DNA of 64,000 bases. Origin: Acidimicrobiales bacterium. Its GTDB lineage: Bacteria > Actinomycetota > Acidimicrobiia > Acidimicrobiales > Acidimicrobilacustridaceae. Below, in pieces: positions 17,328 to 28,268 of the stretch. A model generated the notes under the pieces. That model saw nothing but the letters and a program-made list of their open reading frames with translations, made no database searches and was not told the origin of the DNA. Within the stretch, counting starts at the first letter, position 1. Every line of letters starts with the position of its first letter. The DNA lies in assembly GCA_018401565.1 (NCBI GenBank), contig JAGYKS010000021.1:29307-93306 (forward strand), written 5' to 3'. Position numbers and translations under genes: made by a program.

Positions 17328-18764
17328 ATGAAGCGACTGTCAGGGCTCGACGCAGGATTTCTCTACATGGAGACGCCCACGTCATTCATGCACGTGGCCC
17401 GCTCATCGTGGTGGATCCCGAATCGTCGCCGGTGCCGTGGAATTTCGACCGGGTGCGCGAGCTCTACCGGCAGCGCCTTGATCAGGCGCCTCCATTTCGC
17501 CGTCGACTTGTGGAGGTACCCCTGGGCCTGCACCACCCCCTGTGGGTGGAGGACCCCGACTTCGATCTGGACTGGCATCTGCGCCACATCACTCTCCCGG
17601 AGCCCGGCTCACACACCGAGCTGACCAAGCTGGTGGCCGACCTGGTGGCCATCCCGCTGGACCGCACCCGGCCGCTGTGGGAGGCGTGGGTCATCGAGGG
17701 TTTGGCCGACGGCCAGGCGGCCCTGCTCACCAAGGTGCACCATGCCGCCATCGACGGCGCCAGCGGCGAGGAACTGATGGTGGCCCTGCTCGACGTCACC
17801 CCCGACATGGAGGCCAAGTCCTCCCCGGAGCCCTGTGGTGCCCGACAAGCTGCCGTCAGACACAGAGATGCTGGGCTACGGCCTGTGGTCGCTGGCCCAG
17901 CAACCGGCACTTGCGGTGCGCACCATCCGAAACACGGTGGAAGTCGCCCTGCAGCTGCGCGATCGGTTCGCTCCCAGTGAGGCCCCTACCCCGTCGCTAC
18001 CGCTCACCGCCCCGCGCACCTGTTTCAACCACACCCTCACCCCGCACCGCTGCCTCGGCCTGCAGACCGTGGAGCTGTCACGGGTCAAGGCGGTCAAAAA
18101 CGCCGCCGGCTGCACGGTGAACGACGTGGTGCTGGCACTGTGCGCCGGTGCGTTGCGCAGCTATCTCGACGAGCGGGGCGAACATCCCGAGCAGCCGCTG
18201 CTGGCCATGGTGCCGGTGTCGGTCCGCAGCACCGACGAACAGGGGGCGCTGGGCAACAAGGTATCCACCGCCTTCGCCTCACTGGCCACCGACATCGACG
18301 ATCCCCTGGTGCGCCTCGGCGCAATCCACGAATCCATGGCCACGGCCAAGGAGGCCCAGCAGCTGATCGGGGCCGACGCCCTGCAGAACTGGGTGGAGTT
18401 CGCCGCTCCGGCCGTTGCCGCCCAAGCCGCCCGCATGTACACCTCGCTGCATCTGGCCGACCGGCACCGACCGCTGTTCAACGTCACCATCTCCAACGTG
18501 CCTGGTCCGCCGTTCCCGCTGTACGTGGCTGGAGCGCGGGTGATCGCCACCAATCCAATCGGTCCCATCTTTGACGGAGCCGGGTTGAACATCACCGTGA
18601 TGAGTTACATGGACCGCCTCGACTTCGGGCTGCTGGGTTGCCCGGAACTACTGCCTGACGTGGACAGGCTGGCGGGAGCGATCGCCACCGCACTCGACGA
18701 GCTCGAGCACGCCCTGGGCCTCAACGGGTCGCCGGCCGACGACGCCCCGGTTTCCACTGGGTAA
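17328..18764 (+). pseudogene. Wax ester synthase/diacylglycerol acyltransferase (WS/DGAT), split over three frames (indels near 17393 and 17835)
   Basis: Frame 1 from ATG 17328 (RBS ggaggg): MKRLSGLDAGFLYMETPTSFMHVA. Frame 2: GPLIVVDP...LDRTRPLWEAWVIEGLADGQAALLTKVHHAAIDGASG, which contains the HHxxxDG active site. Frame 3 (ORF 17835..18764): ...NDVVLALCAGALRSYL...FNVTISNVPGPPFPLYVAGA... Confidence 0.8.
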
Positions 18765-18847
18765 ACGCAGCGTCAACACTTGCCCACCATCCCACCATCG
18801 GGAGTGGCCAGCGGGTTTTATGGGAGCTGACACCCCATCCCCTCTGC

Positions 18848-20335
18848 GTGAGGAGCACTGTGACCGACCTGTTGCGCCAGGACGTTGCCGATGATGTCGG
18901 GGCCCCCGGGCCCGAACCAGACCCGTCTCGGGTTGGGCCTGACGCCGACGGGACGTCGCCGCCAGAGGCCACGGCGCCACGGTTGACGACCACCGTCGTG
19001 CTCGACACCTCGGTACTCATCTCCGATCCTGACTCGCTGTTTGCCTTCCCGCACGCCGCAGCCGTGATCCCGCTGGTGGTGGTGGAAGAACTCGACGGCC
19101 ACAAGTCGCGCCACGACGACGTGGGTCGTGCCGCCCGGGAGGTGATTCGCACCATCGAGGACCTGCGGCGATCCAACGACGGTGACATCCGCCAACCCGT
19201 GGCGTTGCCCGGTGGCGGCACCCTGCGCATCGAAACCAACGGGCTGATGCTCGACATGGTCGCCGCAGCCGGCCTCGACCCCACCACTGCCGACAACCGC
19301 ATCCTGGCCGCCGCTCTGGGTCAACAGGCGCAGTCCCCCACCACGGTGGTGAGCAACGATGCCGCCCTGCGCATCAAGGCCGCCCAGGTGGGGCTGCAGG
19401 CCATCGAACACCAGCGTCACCGCAACGGCGCCGGCCAACACGATTCCACTGGATGGCCCACCCGATGGCCCACCGGATGGCGCACCGCCGAGATGACGTC
19501 CACGTCCATCGACACGCTGTACGGCGCTGATGGGTCCGTGACCGTCGCAGACCTGGACGCCGAATCGGGCGACCTGGCCAACCTGACCGCCAACGAGTTC
19601 GTGGTGTGTCGCGCCCCCAGCCAGTCGGTGCTGGTGCGCCACCGCGACGGCCGTCTCACCCCCATCGCCCGCAACGGCGAAGCGTGGGGCCTGCGCCCCC
19701 GATCCAAGGAGCAGGCTTTCGCTCTGGACCTGCTGTGCGACCCCGAGGTGACGGTGGTGGCGCTCGACGGCATGGCTGGTACCGGCAAGACCATCCTCGC
19801 TCTGGCCGCCGGCCTTGAGCAGGTGATGGAGTCGGGACGCTACGACAAGGTGTCGGTCTACCGGCCGGTGGTGCCGGTGGGCAAGGCCGAGCTGGGCTAC
19901 CTGCCCGGCACCCTCGACGAAAAGCTCGACCCGTGGATGGTGCCGATCACCGATGCGCTGGTGGCACTGACCGAAACCCGCAGCCATGCCGACGCCCGCG
20001 CCATCGCCGCCGAGCTCACCAGCCGCGACAAGCTCTCGCTGGAGGCGGTGACCTACCTGCGGGGCCGCACCCTGCAGAGAACCTTCGTGGTGGTCGACGA
20101 ATCCCAGAACCTCGAACCCACCACGCTCAAAACCATTCTCACCCGGGTGGGCGAAGGCACCAAGGTGGTGTTCACCGGCGACACCTCCCAGATCGACGCT
20201 CCCTACCTCAGCGAACACAACAATGCCGTGTCGGCGTTGGTCGATGCCTTCACCGGCGAGTCGTGCTTCGGCCACATCCGTCTGACCCACTGCGAACGTT
20301 CCGAGGTGGCCTCGCTGGCGGCGTTGCGGTTGTGA
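18848..20335 (+). CDS. phoH2: PhoH2: PIN-domain RNase fused to PhoH-like ATPase
   Basis: PIN domain: TVVLDTSVLISDPDSLFAF...VIPLVVVEELDGHK...DNRILAAAL. PhoH domain: VVALDGMAGTGKTILALAAG (Walker A), FVVVDESQNLEP (Walker B) and TGDTSQIDAPYL. The exact start (GTG 18848 or downstream) is uncertain. Confidence 0.85.
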   Translation: MRSTVTDLLRQDVADDVGAPGPEPDPSRVGPDADGTSPPEATAPRLTTTVVLDTSVLISDPDSLFAFPHAAAVIPLVVVEELDGHKSRHDDVGRAAREVIRTIEDLRRSNDGDIRQPVALPGGGTLRIETNGLMLDMVAAAGLDPTTADNRILAAALGQQAQSPTTVVSNDAALRIKAAQVGLQAIEHQRHRNGAGQHDSTGWPTRWPTGWRTAEMTSTSIDTLYGADGSVTVADLDAESGDLANLTANEFVVCRAPSQSVLVRHRDGRLTPIARNGEAWGLRPRSKEQAFALDLLCDPEVTVVALDGMAGTGKTILALAAGLEQVMESGRYDKVSVYRPVVPVGKAELGYLPGTLDEKLDPWMVPITDALVALTETRSHADARAIAAELTSRDKLSLEAVTYLRGRTLQRTFVVVDESQNLEPTTLKTILTRVGEGTKVVFTGDTSQIDAPYLSEHNNAVSALVDAFTGESCFGHIRLTHCERSEVASLAALRL

Positions 20336-20423
20336 TCGTGTCCACAACCATCACCGGTGGGGTCCGCACCACCGGCAGTGGTGGCATCGTTTCCACCTCA
20401 CCTGCATCGGGCACGCTCATTCC

Positions 20424-20967
20424 ATGGCGTCATCGCACCGGGCCTCCGCCGACCTCCAGCAGCTCGTCGGCGTCATCGCCGGGCGATGGCAGGACCTCAC
20501 CAATCATGATCAAGGCGCCGACAAGGCCCCGTGGGGGTACCTCGTGGGCGTCGCCAACCCACAGCTGACCACCACCAGCCCGTCTGCGTGGCCAGTGCAC
20601 ATCAGCTGGACCACCGATCGCCCCCAACCCGGATTCACGGTGCTGCACTGTCATCCTGCGATTGCCCTGCGGGGATTCGTCACCCCTCCGGACTGGCAGG
20701 CCGTGGGCGGTGGCTGTGCACGGCGTGGCCCGACGGATTGGGGCAACGGGTTCGGGCAGGGCCGCGGTGGTGTGGCTCTGCCATCGCAACGGCTCCACGG
20801 CCTCGTGGCTGTCACTCCCCGGTGATGACCCGGTCGTGACCATCTCGCCCCCATCGGCCCACGCCGACGCACCCCACGAGGGTGACCGGGGGGTGGTTGC
20901 CGGCCTCCTCAGACGTTCGCTGCGTCGGTGCCCCGACCCCGGTCCAGCCCGCGCTCAGACCCGGTAG
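20424..20967 (+). pseudogene. Hypothetical protein, apparently frame-shifted near 20700
   Basis: ORF 20424..20825 has a GC3-rich coding signal until about 20700. The signal then moves to the frame of ORF 20662..20967 (...VAVHGVARRIGATGSGRAAVVWLCHRNGSTASWLSLPGDDPVVTISP...). No family recognised. Confidence 0.3.
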
Positions 20968-21118
20968 TCGTCAGCCATCACCGCCCCGCAGTCACCCCGA
21001 CCGGACACCCGGAAGAAACCGGGGCATCACCATCGGGACAACTCCCATCCACCCGTGGGCGCTACGCTCTGGCCACGCAGTTGGCGAGGTCGCGGGTGAC
21101 AGCGCCGAGGAGGGTCCG

Positions 21119-22212
<1,094 letters not shown>

Positions 22213-22216
<4 letters not shown>

Positions 22217-23082
22217 ACCGCAACGGGCGTCTGCGCGAGGCGCTGACCGCCTACGCCCTGCTGGCTCCGTCGCTGGTGGTGTTCGGAGTGTTCTTCTTTT
22301 ATGCCCTGTACCGCCTGGTGATTTTGGGCATGAACCAGCAGAACCGCACCGGCACCGCCCAGCGGTGGGTCGGGTTTGACCAGTTCACCGAGGTTCTCGG
22401 TGGCGAGGAGTTCCGCAGCGGCCTGTGGATCAGCATCCAGTACGTGCTGTGGACGGTGCCCGCCGGGCTCATCCTGGGGGTTCTGCTGGCGGTGGCCGCC
22501 CATCGCCAGCTCAAGGGCATCCGTTTTTTCCAGACGGTGTTCGCCTCCACGGTGGCCACCTCGGTGGCGGTGGCGTCGGTGATCTTTTTCGTCCTGCTCA
22601 ACCCGGTGGTGGGCTACTTCGGCGAGGTGCCGTTCATCAACCTTGCCGACCCCGACTCCGCCATCAGGGGTGTGGCGGTGTCGAGCGTGTGGCAGAACCT
22701 GGGCCTTACCTTCATCATCGTGCTGGCCGGGCTGCAGGCCATTCCCGACGAACTGCTCGAGGCGGCCACGGTGGACGGCTACGGACCGATCCGCCGCTTT
22801 TTCAAGGTGACCCTGCCGCTGTTGAGTCCCACCATGCTGTTTTTGGTCGTGGTCCTCACCGTGTTCGCATTGCAGGCGTTTGCCCAGGTTGACATCCTGA
22901 CCCAGGGCGGACCGGCTGGATCCACCGAAACCCTCGTGTTCAAGATCTTCCGCCTCGGGCAGGAACCGGTGAACGTGGGCCGCGGCGCCGTCATGGCCAT
23001 CGGGTTGTTCTTCGTCACCCTGGTGGTGGCACTGGGCCAGTTCACCTTGTTGAACCGGAGGGTCCACTATGGCGACCGCTGA
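22213..23082 (+). CDS. ABC transporter permease (UgpA/MalF-like)
   Basis: MNRNGRLREALTAYALLAPSLVVFGVFFFY... with the EAA-loop-like LEAATVDGYGPIRRFFKVTLP. Its ATG overlaps the upstream stop (ATGA at 22213-22216). Confidence 0.85.
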
Positions 23083-23986
23083 ATCCGTCGACACCGTCAC
23101 CACCGTGCAGACCGCCTCCACCCTTGATCTGGGGGCAGCACCCCACATGGCCCGGCCCGGCCAGCGGGCCCGCAACCTGAGAAAGGCCGGCGCCTACCTC
23201 ATTTTGGCGGCCCTTTCTCTCATCATTCTGTTCCCCATCTGGATGACCCTGGTACGCGCCCTTTCGGCCCCGCTGCCCTACATCAGCGCCGGACAACCCG
23301 TGTACCCGATCCAGATCGAGTGGGACATCTTCAGCCGGGCGTTCTCGCGCGGCGACATGGGCCGACACCTGATGATCAGCGCCGTGATGACGCTCATCAT
23401 CGCCGGTGCCCAGCTGGCCACCTCGATTCTGGCCGCCTACGCCTTCGCCTTCCTGAGATTCCCCCTCAAAAATGTCATCTTCGCCGCATTCATCGCCACA
23501 TTGATGCTGCCCATCGAAGTCACCCTCATTCCCAACACCGAGACCATCCGGTCGCTGGGATGGCTCAACAGCTTCCAGGGGCTCACCGTGCCGTTTTTGG
23601 CCACCGCCATCGGCACCTTCCTCATCCGGCAGGGATTCATGGGTGTCCACAAGGACCTGCGCGACGCCGCCCGCCTCGACGGCTTCGGCAACCTGGCATT
23701 TTTGTGGCGGGTGGCCATACCGGTCACCAAACCGGTGATCGCCAGCTTCGCCGTGATCAGCTTCCTGGCGGCGTGGAACCAGTACCTGTGGCCACGAACC
23801 ATCACCACCGAAAACTCGATGGCAACGGTTCAGATCATCCTGCGGCCGTTGGCGGCAGCGGCCATCAATGAAATCAACATCGGCACCGCTGCAGCGCTCA
23901 TCGCTGCGCTGCCGATCCTCATTCTGCTCATCATCTTCCAGCGCCAACTGGTGCGGGGCCTCACCGCCGGTGCGGTGAAGGGATGA
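23069..23986 (+). CDS. ABC transporter permease (UgpE/MalG-like)
   Basis: 305 aa with six hydrophobic segments and the EAA loop DLRDAARLDGFGNLAFLWRVAIP. It overlaps the upstream permease gene by 14 nt. Confidence 0.85.
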   Translation: MATAESVDTVTTVQTASTLDLGAAPHMARPGQRARNLRKAGAYLILAALSLIILFPIWMTLVRALSAPLPYISAGQPVYPIQIEWDIFSRAFSRGDMGRHLMISAVMTLIIAGAQLATSILAAYAFAFLRFPLKNVIFAAFIATLMLPIEVTLIPNTETIRSLGWLNSFQGLTVPFLATAIGTFLIRQGFMGVHKDLRDAARLDGFGNLAFLWRVAIPVTKPVIASFAVISFLAAWNQYLWPRTITTENSMATVQIILRPLAAAAINEINIGTAAALIAALPILILLIIFQRQLVRGLTAGAVKG

Positions 23987-24041
23987 TGGGCGGCGGCACC
24001 GGGTCACATGACCCGTCACGATCACTACACGGAGGAACAAC

Positions 24042-25469
24042 ATGAAAAGGCTTCTGGCACTTGTGGCGGTGATGGCACTCACTGCCGTCGCCTGCGGCGG
24101 CAGTTCAGACGACAGCGGCGGCGGCAGCGTCGACGCAGGGGACTGCCCGGTCGGAGCCCTGGCTGACGCCAGCGGCCCAGTGGAGGTGGTCATGTGGGAG
24201 ACCTTCACCGGTCAGCCCTTGCGGGCCATGGAGGAACTGGTGGCTGAGTACAACGCCAGCCAGGACAAGGTCTCGATACGCATGGAGAACCAGGGCGTTG
24301 GCTACGAGGAGATCCAGCGGAAGTTCAACACCGCCATCTCCACAGGCAACCTCGGTGGCCTGGTCGTGCTCGAAGACACCCAGACCCAGTTCATGGCCGA
24401 CTCCGGTGTGATCGTGTCGGCTCAGGCGTGCGCCGAAGCCGATGACTACGACCTTGGCCAGTTCAACGAGGCAGTGCGCAACTTCTACTCCGTGGAAAGC
24501 GTCCTGCAGCCTGCAACCACCAACCTGTCAACCGGCGTCATGTACTACAACCGCGATCACCTCACCGAGGCTGGTCTGGACCCAGACAGCCCGCCGGGCA
24601 CCCTTGATGAACTCAAGGAAGCATCGCTGGCCATCCAGGCAGCTGGCGTGACCGAAAAGCCCTTTGTCATGGTGCTGCAGCCGTGGTTCATCGAGCATTG
24701 GCTCACCGGGTCGGGTGTTGAGATCGTCAACAACAACAACGGGCGCGACGCGCTGGCCACCGAGTCCACCTTCAACAACGCCACCACCATCGAGCTGTAC
24801 ACGTGGCTGGCCGAGATGAACGAGCTCGGGCTGCTCAACGCCGTTCCCGGCACCGAAGGTCAGGTGGACCACTACTTCGCCATGGCGCTGGAGTCGGCCT
24901 CGATCACCATCGAGACCTCCACGGCCATCTCCACCATCAACGCCGTGCTCGAGGGAACCCTCGACCCCGCCGAGGTGGGTCTGGATGCTGACTCGCTGCC
25001 GGCCATCGACATCAATGTGGATGTTGCGCCCTTCCCCGGGATCACTGCTCCCGGAGAGGTGCAGGCCGGAGGCGGTGCGGTCTACATCCCCAACACCAAC
25101 TCGCCTGAGGTCATCGCCGGAGCGTGGGACTTCATCAAGTGGCTCAACACTCCCGAGATCCAGGCCAAGTGGATGATTGGTGCCACCTACATGGCATGGA
25201 ACACCGCCACCGCCCAGCAGCAGGACCTCATTGATTGGGAAACCACCACCCGGCCCGGCGGCTGGCTCACCGTGGCCGTTGAGGAAATTGCCAACCTCGA
25301 CCCGAGCTTCCCCGGACCGCTCATCGGCCCGTACACCGACACCCGCGAAGCCATCCGGCAATCACTGGACGAGCTGTTGCTGAGCGGCGTCAGTCCCGAT
25401 GCGGCCGTGTCCAAGGCCAGCGATGCGATCTCAACGGCACTTGAGCGGTACGAAGACGAGAACTTCTAG
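24042..25469 (+). CDS. ABC transporter extracellular solute-binding lipoprotein (family 1, sugar type)
   Basis: The signal peptide with lipobox is MKRLLALVAVMALTAVACGG. The 475-aa mature domain is typical of sugar SBPs. It is the last gene of the C-A-E-B operon. Confidence 0.8.
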   Translation: MKRLLALVAVMALTAVACGGSSDDSGGGSVDAGDCPVGALADASGPVEVVMWETFTGQPLRAMEELVAEYNASQDKVSIRMENQGVGYEEIQRKFNTAISTGNLGGLVVLEDTQTQFMADSGVIVSAQACAEADDYDLGQFNEAVRNFYSVESVLQPATTNLSTGVMYYNRDHLTEAGLDPDSPPGTLDELKEASLAIQAAGVTEKPFVMVLQPWFIEHWLTGSGVEIVNNNNGRDALATESTFNNATTIELYTWLAEMNELGLLNAVPGTEGQVDHYFAMALESASITIETSTAISTINAVLEGTLDPAEVGLDADSLPAIDINVDVAPFPGITAPGEVQAGGGAVYIPNTNSPEVIAGAWDFIKWLNTPEIQAKWMIGATYMAWNTATAQQQDLIDWETTTRPGGWLTVAVEEIANLDPSFPGPLIGPYTDTREAIRQSLDELLLSGVSPDAAVSKASDAISTALERYEDENF

Positions 25470-25505
25470 CCAACACGACGCCGGCCCGGTGGCTGGCTGA
25501 ACTGA

Positions 25506-25552
25506 ACAGTCCAGGCGAGGACAGTCCAAGCGAAGGACAGTCCAAGCGAAGG
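25506..25552. repeat. Three tandem 15/16-nt repeats (acagtcca[a/g]gcga[a]gg) immediately upstream of the terminator stem
   Basis: Units at 25506-20, 25521-36 and 25537-52, in the convergent intergenic region. Confidence 0.85.
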
Positions 25553-25580
25553 GGGCGGCCTGCGGGCCGCCCCCTTTGCA
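25551..25580. terminator. Rho-independent, probably bidirectional terminator between convergent genes
   Basis: GGGGGCGGCC-tgcg-GGCCGCCCCC forms a perfect 10-bp GC stem with a 4-nt loop, followed by tttgca on the plus strand. On the minus strand it is followed by ttcgcttgg. Confidence 0.75.
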
Positions 25581-25631
25581 TCGCCGATCCACCCACCACT
25601 GCCACCTCTGTCGACGGGCACCACTGTCATG

Positions 25632-26803
25632 TCAGCCGACGGGTGTGACCTGGCCATCGGAGACCTTGGCCACGGTCTCAAACTCCCCGTTGACGATGCG
25701 ATTGATGAACACCGGCCCGCCGACCACCTCACCATCGGCGTCGAACGAGATCGTCTTGGACAACCCCTCGAACTCGGCGTCGCCAAGCCATTGCAGCAAT
25801 GCCGGGCGGCTGCGGGCTCCGCTGTCGATGCCGGCCAGGAGCATCGACGCTGCGTCGAACCCCTCAAAAGCGAAGTACAGGGCGGCTCCGTCGTACAGGT
25901 CCTGGTAGCGCTCAGCGAAGGCCAGTTGCGCCTCGGTGGCTGCCGATCCGGCACACGGGCAACTCACCGCGCGGACACACCTCCATCGGGACCAGCGGCC
26001 ACAGAATCCCTGAACGAGGTGTTGTACAGGCCATCCCCGCCCACGAACAGCCCGTCCACGCCGGCGTCGCGCAATTGCCGGTGCAGCTGGGCGCCAGCCT
26101 CACCAAGCCCGCCGAAGAACACTGCGTCAACGCCCACCGATGCCACCGCCTCCACCACGTCGCCGTAGTCCCGTCGGCTCGGTTCCACCTGCTGGCGCGG
26201 AGCAATGGTGATTCCCCGACGATTGAGTTCGTCGGTGGCGAAGTCAGCCAGGGCCTTGCCGAACAGCGTGCCATCGTCGACCACGCCCACCCGCTTCACA
26301 TCAGCAGCGCTGAGCAACCACACCACAGCAGCAGGACCCTGGGCAGCGTCGGTACCCACCAGCCGATGGAACGTCGACCACCCCTGCTGGCTCAGGGTGG
26401 GGTTGGTCGCCGACGGTGTCAGTACGGGCAGCCCCGCCTCCTCGAAGATGGGCATCGCTGCTGCGGACTCACCAGAAAACACCGGCCCCACCACACCGAT
26501 GATCTGGTCATCAGACACGATCTGGTTGGCCAGCACCACGGCCAGGTCGGCGTCGCCCTGCGAGTCGTAGGAAATGAATCCCACCTCACATTCGGGGCTG
26601 GCATCGTTGTGCTCGGCCACAGCCATGGCAGCGCTGTTGCGCACCGTTGTCCCGCTGCTGGCGTCAGGCCCGGTCAGCACCCCGAGGAAGGCCAGCGCCA
26701 GTGGGGGGCAGCTGGCCTGGTCGTCTTGCGAACATGAGGTGAGGCCCACAGCCGCCACCAGCATCAGGGCCACCATGGGTGCGATCACGCGGCGGGTCGT
26801 CAT
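25632..26803 (-). pseudogene. LivK/LivJ-type (Peripla_BP_6) periplasmic ligand-binding lipoprotein, frame broken near 25965-25985
   Basis: ORF 25964..26803: lipoprotein signal MTTRRVIAPMVALMLVAAVGLTSC, then ...IIGVVGPVFSGESAAAMPIFEEAGLPVLTPSATNP... and VKRVGVVDDGTLFGKALAD. The C-terminal lobe continues in ORF 25632..25967 (...AFAERYQDLYDGAALYFAFEGFDAASMLLAGI...). Its ATG at 26801-03 overlaps the upstream stop (ATGA). Confidence 0.7.
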
Positions 26804-28263
26804 GAGGTCGCTCCGGGCTCGTCACTGGCCACATCTGTTGCGTCAGCGTCTGCAGCACTGGCTTCGGCGGGTTCGGTGTCGGGCACGGGTTCTCCCTTGG
26901 CTCGTCGCCTCATCTCGGCAGCCCGTCCCTGCAAATCCCGGAAGAAGTCGGTGTCGGTGACCTCGTCCACCGCACGCTGGCGACGCTCGTGGTCAATCTC
27001 CACCTTCAGCGCCTTGACCTGCTCGCGCAGCTTGCGTTCACGCACCACCACCTGCTCGGCCATCTTGGCGAACACCCTGGCCAGCCGTCCCACATCGTCG
27101 CCCGACCGGCCGATCCGGGCCAACTCTTCTTCGTTGACGGGTTGGCTGGCCTCAATCTGGACGGCCGCAGCGGTGAGCACACCCACTGGACGCGACAGTC
27201 TGCGGCCCAAAAGCACAGCGCCAGTGACCGCCAGCAGGCCCACCACGCCAAACAGCAACCAGGTGATGGTGCCAAGCCGGTCGATGGGGCCGAGGAACAC
27301 CGACTCAGGCTGGAGCACCACGGCGGTGACTCCCTCGTACACCTCGTTGAACGCTGCCACCTGCTCGCCACGGCCATCAAGGGTCACCCCGGTCAGGGTG
27401 CCAAGCGTGGAGGTGTCGATGGCCTCGGCCAACGCCCCAAGGCCCAGCTCATCGAGGGTGCGGCCGACAACCCGCGAGTCACGGACCACAACCACCACGC
27501 CGTCGGCATCAACGAGCAGACTCTGCCCCCCTGACGCCAACTGCGCCTGATTCAGCGCGTTGAGCACGTCCAGGCCGCGCACGTCGATGGCTGCCACTCC
27601 GACCACGCCCGACCCCGGGTTGCGGGCCGGTGCGGCCACCGTCACCGACGAAACCCCCGACGCCGGATTGACCACCACCGGAGCGACGGTGATGAGACCG
27701 GACTGTGCGTCGGTGAACCAATCCTGCGACAGCACACTGCGCGGCGCACGTTCGGAGAGGTTGTCGGTCTCAACGTCCACCACGATGCCGTCGGGTATCG
27801 CCAGCAGGGCCGAGTCGGCGTCGTTGCTCTCGTTCTCGCCCAGATCGGGTGCCGGACCAGAGCGATCCCCGGTGAGGTAGGCCACCACGTCGGCACGGGT
27901 CCCGAGCTGGTCAGCGCGCACGGCCACACCGTCGAGGTACTGACGCACGGCCACGGCCGCCTCAGTGGCCGATCCCTCCACCGAGTCCAGCTGGGCGGTC
28001 TCCACTGCCTCGCGTCCGGCGTCGAGGCTGAACAGGGCCAGCACCGCCATGGGCACCAGTGCAGCCAGCACGAGGGCCAAACCGATCTTCGCCCCCAGTG
28101 ACCATCGCCGGGGATCCAGCCGCTCGGCCAACTGCGGACGCACCGTGGCGTCGGCAATGACGTCGTCAACACCATCGGGCCCGGGTGTGGCCGGGGCAGG
28201 CTGGGCATGACCGGAAGCGTCAGGAACGGACGCTGTTGAGGGCTGATTTGTGGAGTCAGACAT
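26800..28263 (-). CDS. Membrane sensor: TM - dCache-like extracellular domain - TM - HAMP - coiled coil, with no recognisable output domain
   Basis: TM1 is LGAKIGLALVLAALVPMAVLALF. It is followed by an extracellular region of about 260 aa, then TM2 ITWLLFGVVGLLAVTGAVLLG. HAMP is RRLSRPVGVLTAAAVQIEA...DDVGRLARVFAKMAEQV. The tail is RERKLREQVKALKVEIDHERRQRAVDEVTDTDFFRDLQGRAAEMRRR followed by an acidic end. Confidence 0.7.
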   Translation of the reverse strand: MSDSTNQPSTASVPDASGHAQPAPATPGPDGVDDVIADATVRPQLAERLDPRRWSLGAKIGLALVLAALVPMAVLALFSLDAGREAVETAQLDSVEGSATEAAVAVRQYLDGVAVRADQLGTRADVVAYLTGDRSGPAPDLGENESNDADSALLAIPDGIVVDVETDNLSERAPRSVLSQDWFTDAQSGLITVAPVVVNPASGVSSVTVAAPARNPGSGVVGVAAIDVRGLDVLNALNQAQLASGGQSLLVDADGVVVVVRDSRVVGRTLDELGLGALAEAIDTSTLGTLTGVTLDGRGEQVAAFNEVYEGVTAVVLQPESVFLGPIDRLGTITWLLFGVVGLLAVTGAVLLGRRLSRPVGVLTAAAVQIEASQPVNEEELARIGRSGDDVGRLARVFAKMAEQVVVRERKLREQVKALKVEIDHERRQRAVDEVTDTDFFRDLQGRAAEMRRRAKGEPVPDTEPAEASAADADATDVASDEPGATS

Positions 28264-28268
28264 GTGGC

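Noticed and set aside
18818-20347. 509-aa minus-strand ORF
   Set aside because: It is an exact antisense shadow of phoH2, which has PIN and Walker A/B motifs. It has no recognisable motifs of its own.
25506-25552. Possible CRISPR-like or other arrays among the various short tandem repeats (also 3923-3964, 16877-16936 and 56360-56399)
   Set aside because: The units are 8-20 nt and directly abutting, with no spacers, and there are at most 5 copies. No cas genes are present. These are microsatellite or slippage repeats, not CRISPR arrays.
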